From IMG/VR virus record IMGVR_UViG_3300045988_004583, positions 1-5,886 of that record: a DNA stretch of 5,886 nt; one strand, written 5' to 3'. The DNA is from a virus. Positions within the stretch are counted from its first letter, which is position 1, and each line of letters opens with the position of its first letter. This document shows, piece by piece, positions 2,682 through 5,886 of the stretch. The notes beneath the pieces were generated by a model, which had not been told where the DNA came from, did no database searches, and was given only the letters and a program-made list of their open reading frames with translations. The position numbers were made by a program, and so were the translations under genes.

Positions 2682-4369
2682 ACAGAAACAAAGACGCAGG
2701 ATTCAACCAAGTACCGCGGCTGGACATCACACGAAGTCGATTCAAAAGACGGCAAGATGTCAAACTGACGTTAAACGCAGGACAGCTTATCCCGTTTTAC
2801 GTCGATGAAGTGTTACCGGGTGATACCTTTAGCATCGACCAAGCAGCTATCATCCGCATGACAACGCCAATCTTTCCAGTCATGGATAACTGTCACATGG
2901 ACATTTATTACTTTAATGTCCCATGTCGCATCCTTTGGGAACACTTCAAGCGCTTTATGGGTGAGAACGACACTGGGCCGTGGGCACAAACTCAGGAGTA
3001 CACCATTCCGCAAATCAAAATAACTGGTACGGCGGAAAAACCAGCACCATACGAAGGAAGCATCATGGACTACATGGGCATTCCTACCAAAGTGAGCAAG
3101 GGGGAGGACACCGCCTTCAGCGTAAACGCACTTCCTTTCCGCGCTTACGCCATGATATGGCAGGAGTGGTTCAGAGACCAAAACGTGGACAATCCGGCCA
3201 TAAACAGCACCGCAGACGCGACCGTGAATTATACGGACGACGAAACCAAGGGAATGGACGCGGCAACACCGGATTTGGAGTACATTCTGCAAAACGCATA
3301 CACGGGCGGCAGGCCTCTGCCTGTCAATAAGTACCACGACTACTTCACATCGGCTTTGCCTTCCCCTCAGAAAGCGGGAGAACCGGTTACAATTCCACTA
3401 ATCGGAAATGCACCTGTGAAGATGTACGCCAACAAAGAACTAAGCAACCCAATGCCACTAACGGGAGGAAACACAGCCCACGCAGTAACAAATCTGAAAG
3501 CAAACGCCAAAAGTGTAATCGACACCACGCAGGACCCTATGAGCGGGCTCATTGCGAACATCGGCTCAATGGATTTTACGGGATACATGGGAGCGGAACT
3601 GAACAACGTTACAAGTGCAACCATCAACCAACTGCGGCAAGCATTCCAAGTACAAAAATATTACGAAGAACTCGCACGCGGCGGCAGCAGATACCGTGAA
3701 ATGATTTATTCGCTGTTTCATACCAAAATCAGCGATAAAACGGTACAGATACCGGAGTACCTAGGCGGCACGAGAATCACCATCAACATGAGTCAGGTTA
3801 TCCAGACCAGTGGCACGACCGCAGAGAGTCCGCAGGGCAACACGGCAGCAGTGAGCGTAACGCCGTACAATGGCAGTATGTTCACCAAGAGCTTCGAAGA
3901 ACACGGTTTTGTTATCGGTGTATGCTGCATCCGACATGACCATACATATCAGCAGGGTCTCGAACGGATGTGGAGCCGGAAAACCAATCTGGATTTCTAT
4001 TACCCGGTCTTCGCAAATCTGGGAGAGCAAGCTATCCTTAAAAAGGAGCTGTATCTCACCGGCACCGCAACGGATGAACAAGCATTCGGCTACCAAGAGG
4101 CATGGGCAGAATACCGTATGAAACCAAACAGAATCAGCGGCAAATTCCGCAGCAATGCAACGGGAACGCTGGACAGTTGGCACTACGGCGACAACTACAC
4201 GAAAACGCCAAGCCTCAGTCAGGCATGGATGAAAGAGGGAGACTCCGAAATTCAGAGAACTCTGGCAGTCGACAATGAACCTCAGTTTATCATGGACACG
4301 GTCATTGACAACACCAGCGTCAGACCTATGCCTATGTACAGTATTCCGGGACTCGTCGACCATCACTAA
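2678..4369 (+). CDS. VP1: Major capsid protein VP1 (F-like jelly-roll), 563 aa
   Basis: GTG 2678 follows the SD GGAGG (2666-2670) at 7 nt. The N-terminus NQVPRLDITRSRFKRRQDVKLTLNAGQLIPFYVDEVLPGDTF is the hallmark Microviridae capsid N-terminal signature, and its length is typical of gokushovirus VP1. It is the longest ORF and is followed by a strong terminator. Confidence 0.95.
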   Translation: MNRNKDAGFNQVPRLDITRSRFKRRQDVKLTLNAGQLIPFYVDEVLPGDTFSIDQAAIIRMTTPIFPVMDNCHMDIYYFNVPCRILWEHFKRFMGENDTGPWAQTQEYTIPQIKITGTAEKPAPYEGSIMDYMGIPTKVSKGEDTAFSVNALPFRAYAMIWQEWFRDQNVDNPAINSTADATVNYTDDETKGMDAATPDLEYILQNAYTGGRPLPVNKYHDYFTSALPSPQKAGEPVTIPLIGNAPVKMYANKELSNPMPLTGGNTAHAVTNLKANAKSVIDTTQDPMSGLIANIGSMDFTGYMGAELNNVTSATINQLRQAFQVQKYYEELARGGSRYREMIYSLFHTKISDKTVQIPEYLGGTRITINMSQVIQTSGTTAESPQGNTAAVSVTPYNGSMFTKSFEEHGFVIGVCCIRHDHTYQQGLERMWSRKTNLDFYYPVFANLGEQAILKKELYLTGTATDEQAFGYQEAWAEYRMKPNRISGKFRSNATGTLDSWHYGDNYTKTPSLSQAWMKEGDSEIQRTLAVDNEPQFIMDTVIDNTSVRPMPMYSIPGLVDHH

Positions 4370-4383
4370 ACACGAAAGGGGGA

Positions 4384-4414
4384 AAGCCCGGGGCAAAACC
4401 CCGGGCTTATTTTT
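4384..4414 (+). terminator. Rho-independent terminator/attenuator after VP1
   Basis: A perfect 10-bp GC-rich stem AAGCCCGGGG(4384-4393)/CCCCGGGCTT(4399-4408) with loop caaaa, then aTTTTT (4409-4414). It abuts the VP2 ATG at 4415. Confidence 0.8.
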
Positions 4415-5254
4415 ATGGGACTCTTAACAACGATAGGAATACCATTGCTCAAGCAAGCAATACCAACAATCGCAAGCTGGGGCATAAACAAGCTTTTAGG
4501 CGGCAATATGTCCGAAAGCAGCGGCGGCAGTACGCAGCACAACGAGAGCAGCAGCAGCGGCGGCGGACAGAGCCAAAGCGAGAGCGGAGTAAACCGAGAA
4601 CAAAACTTACAGGACTGGAACAATATGCTTGGAGCAATCCAAGAAAATATGAAAAGCCAGCAAAAATTTAACCGCCGAAGCATGTATGAGCAGATGGGGT
4701 ATAACACCATGGCAGCAATCACACAAGGTGTGTATAACCAGATAAGCAACAATGCAGCGATGAGCTACAACAGCGCAGAAGCGGCAAAAAATCGAGCATG
4801 GCAAGAGCAAATGAGTAACACCGCATATCAAAGAGCGGTGGAAGATATGCGCAAAGCGGGAATCAATCCTATCCTAGCATACCAGCAAGGCGGGGCAAGT
4901 ACACCGGGCGGAGCACAAGGCACTATCAGCGGGGCAAGTATGGGACTTGCAAGCAGTAGTGCAGCAAGCGCAAGCGCTCTTGGAGTAAGCCAAAACCACA
5001 ACAACACATGGAGCAAATCAGAATCGGCATGGTACAACGCGGCGCAAGCAGTCGGAGACGCAACAAGCTGGCAACACACAAGTGCAGACAAAGCGTTTAA
5101 CGCGTTCAAGAACATCTTCAATGACCTGAGCAGCCTCAATGCCGGAACAGGCGGCGCAGGAAGAAAACCAACCAAAGATGAGCTCGAATACAAGCCGGGA
5201 AGAGACTTCATCGGGAGCAAAAACGTCGAATTTTGGAAAGGAAAACTTAAATAA
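4415..5254 (+). CDS. VP2: DNA pilot / minor capsid protein VP2, 279 aa
   Basis: It has a hydrophobic Gly/Ile/Leu-rich N-terminus, a Ser/Gly/Gln low-complexity linker, and the conserved core ...AWQEQMSNTAYQRAVEDMRKAGINPILAY... typical of Microviridae VP2/H-type pilot proteins. It lies immediately after VP1. Confidence 0.85.
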   Translation: MGLLTTIGIPLLKQAIPTIASWGINKLLGGNMSESSGGSTQHNESSSSGGGQSQSESGVNREQNLQDWNNMLGAIQENMKSQQKFNRRSMYEQMGYNTMAAITQGVYNQISNNAAMSYNSAEAAKNRAWQEQMSNTAYQRAVEDMRKAGINPILAYQQGGASTPGGAQGTISGASMGLASSSAASASALGVSQNHNNTWSKSESAWYNAAQAVGDATSWQHTSADKAFNAFKNIFNDLSSLNAGTGGAGRKPTKDELEYKPGRDFIGSKNVEFWKGKLK

Positions 5255-5886
5255 ATGGGATGCAATAAACCGTTAATCCGGTTTTATGTACCTCATGACA
5301 GAGAGGCGAGTGGGCGGGTGTACTCACTCGCCTCTTTTAACGAGATACACAAGACCAAATTGACCTACGAAAATTTAATGTACCGCAAAGATGTAATGTT
5401 GATACCATGTGGACAATGCACCGGATGCAGACTACGCAAGCGAAAGGACTGGAGCACACGGATGGAGCTGGAAGCATACGGCCACAGCAAAGAAAGCATC
5501 TGGTTTATAACACTGACTTATGACGATGACCATGTGCCAACGCAGGACACAGAAACAGGCGAAATCTACAAAGGCGGTGTAAACGTCTGGAAAGGCACCT
5601 CAGAGCGTCCAAGAACGGCGCAAACACTGAGTATAGAGGAAACTCAACTATTTATCAAAAGGCTCAGAAAGGCCGTAAAAGATCCTATAAGATACTTTTT
5701 AGCAGGTGAGTACGGAGACAACACAGCAAGACCACACTACCACATGATACTATATGGATGGCACCCTGACGACTTAAAACCAATACACAAGCTGTCAAGA
5801 CACGGTCATTACACAAGTGATAAGCTGATAAAAATCTGGGGACAAGGGGCAGTCGACATCGCACAGGCAACACCAGAGACATATAA
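5255..5886 (+). CDS. VP4: Replication initiation protein VP4, N-terminal portion (runs off window; continues at 1..529)
   Basis: ATG 5255 directly abuts the VP2 stop (TAAATG). The frame stays open to the window end, so it is absent from the ORF track. It encodes MGCNKPLIRFY...IPCGQCTGCRLRKRKDW...IWFITLTYDDDHVP...YFLAGEYGDNTARPHYHMILYGWHP. CGxCxGCR, FxTLTYD and the HUH motif (HYH, 5735-5743) are the canonical Microviridae Rep motifs. Confidence 0.93.
   Translation, partial: MGCNKPLIRFYVPHDREASGRVYSLASFNEIHKTKLTYENLMYRKDVMLIPCGQCTGCRLRKRKDWSTRMELEAYGHSKESIWFITLTYDDDHVPTQDTETGEIYKGGVNVWKGTSERPRTAQTLSIEETQLFIKRLRKAVKDPIRYFLAGEYGDNTARPHYHMILYGWHPDDLKPIHKLSRHGHYTSDKLIKIWGQGAVDIAQATPETY
5302..5338 (+). 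promoter_or_regulatory. Terminator-like 11-bp hairpin plus T4 inside the 5' end of VP4 (attenuator or ssDNA structural element)
   Basis: AGAGGCGAGTG(5302-5312) is perfectly complementary to CACTCGCCTCT(5325-5335) across a 12-nt loop, and the sequence continues as ...CTCTTTT (to 5338). It begins 47 nt after the VP4 start codon. Confidence 0.55.
5746..5886. repeat. Terminal direct duplication, right copy (circular-genome assembly overlap)
   Basis: Identical to 1-141. The implied unit genome length is 5745 nt, within the Microviridae size range. Confidence 0.95.

Noticed and set aside
2311-4121. Alternative-frame + strand ORFs nested in VP3/VP1 (2311..2499, 2548..2808, 2980..3330, 3870..4121), examined as possible embedded lysis genes like phiX174 E
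   Set aside because: None has a hydrophobic transmembrane segment or an SD. Their translations are Arg/Lys/His/Ser-rich strings typical of an off-frame reading of A/G-rich coding sequence.
5645-5665. caactatttatcaaaagg inside rep, compared with the phiX174 origin core CAACTTGATATTAATAAC
   Set aside because: The similarity is limited to CAACT plus general AT-richness, which is insufficient to call an origin.
1-5886. CRISPR arrays, tRNA/rRNA genes, transposase or integrase genes, IS-type inverted repeats
   Set aside because: No repeat-spacer periodicity, no cloverleaf-capable segments and no ORF with recombinase motifs were seen. The only long repeat is the terminal assembly overlap.

Overview
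The window is one complete, circularly permuted genome of a small ssDNA phage of the family Microviridae, with gokushovirus-like gene content and order. The first 141 nt (1-141) are identical to the last 141 nt (5746-5886). This is an assembly overlap of a circle with a 5,745-nt unit length. The linearisation point cuts the replication-initiator gene (VP4) in two. Its N-terminal part is 5255..5886 and is absent from the ORF track because it runs off the window. Its C-terminal part is 1..529, which the track shows only as a truncated 158..529 ORF. All credible genes are on the + strand. In order they are VP4, a ~490-nt noncoding region, two small accessory ORFs, 2-3 further small ORFs, an unlisted 39-aa highly basic J/VP8-like protein, a VP5-like 80-aa protein, the VP3 scaffold, the VP1 major capsid (563 aa), the VP2 pilot protein, and back to VP4. 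The minus-strand ORFs and the alternative-frame + ORFs look like compositional artefacts. Several things deserve a second look. (1) The noncoding region 530-1018 is unusually long for a microvirus and is highly structured: a tandem-hairpin terminator, two GC-rich alternating purine/pyrimidine islands, trinucleotide repeats, eight same-orientation TGTKGAWAN repeats including one perfect DnaA box (TTATCCACA on the minus strand), and an 8-bp palindrome. (2) A self-contained cassette, promoter then two ~60-aa ORFs then terminator (973-1421), includes a Cys-rich CX3CX2C mini-protein. (3) A perfect consensus promoter (TTGACA-18-TATAAT) has its -35 box in the apical part of that terminator hairpin. 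(4) A terminator hairpin sits exactly between an SD-like AAAGGGGGA and the VP2 start codon. (5) A terminator-like 11-bp hairpin lies inside the 5' end of the rep gene. (6) There are unlisted small ORFs: a 27-aa hydrophobic peptide with a good SD, and a 40-codon ORF whose only SD-spaced start is CTG. No integrase, lysis enzyme, tRNA or CRISPR array is visible. Every family assignment comes from motif recognition by eye and needs HMM/BLAST confirmation.
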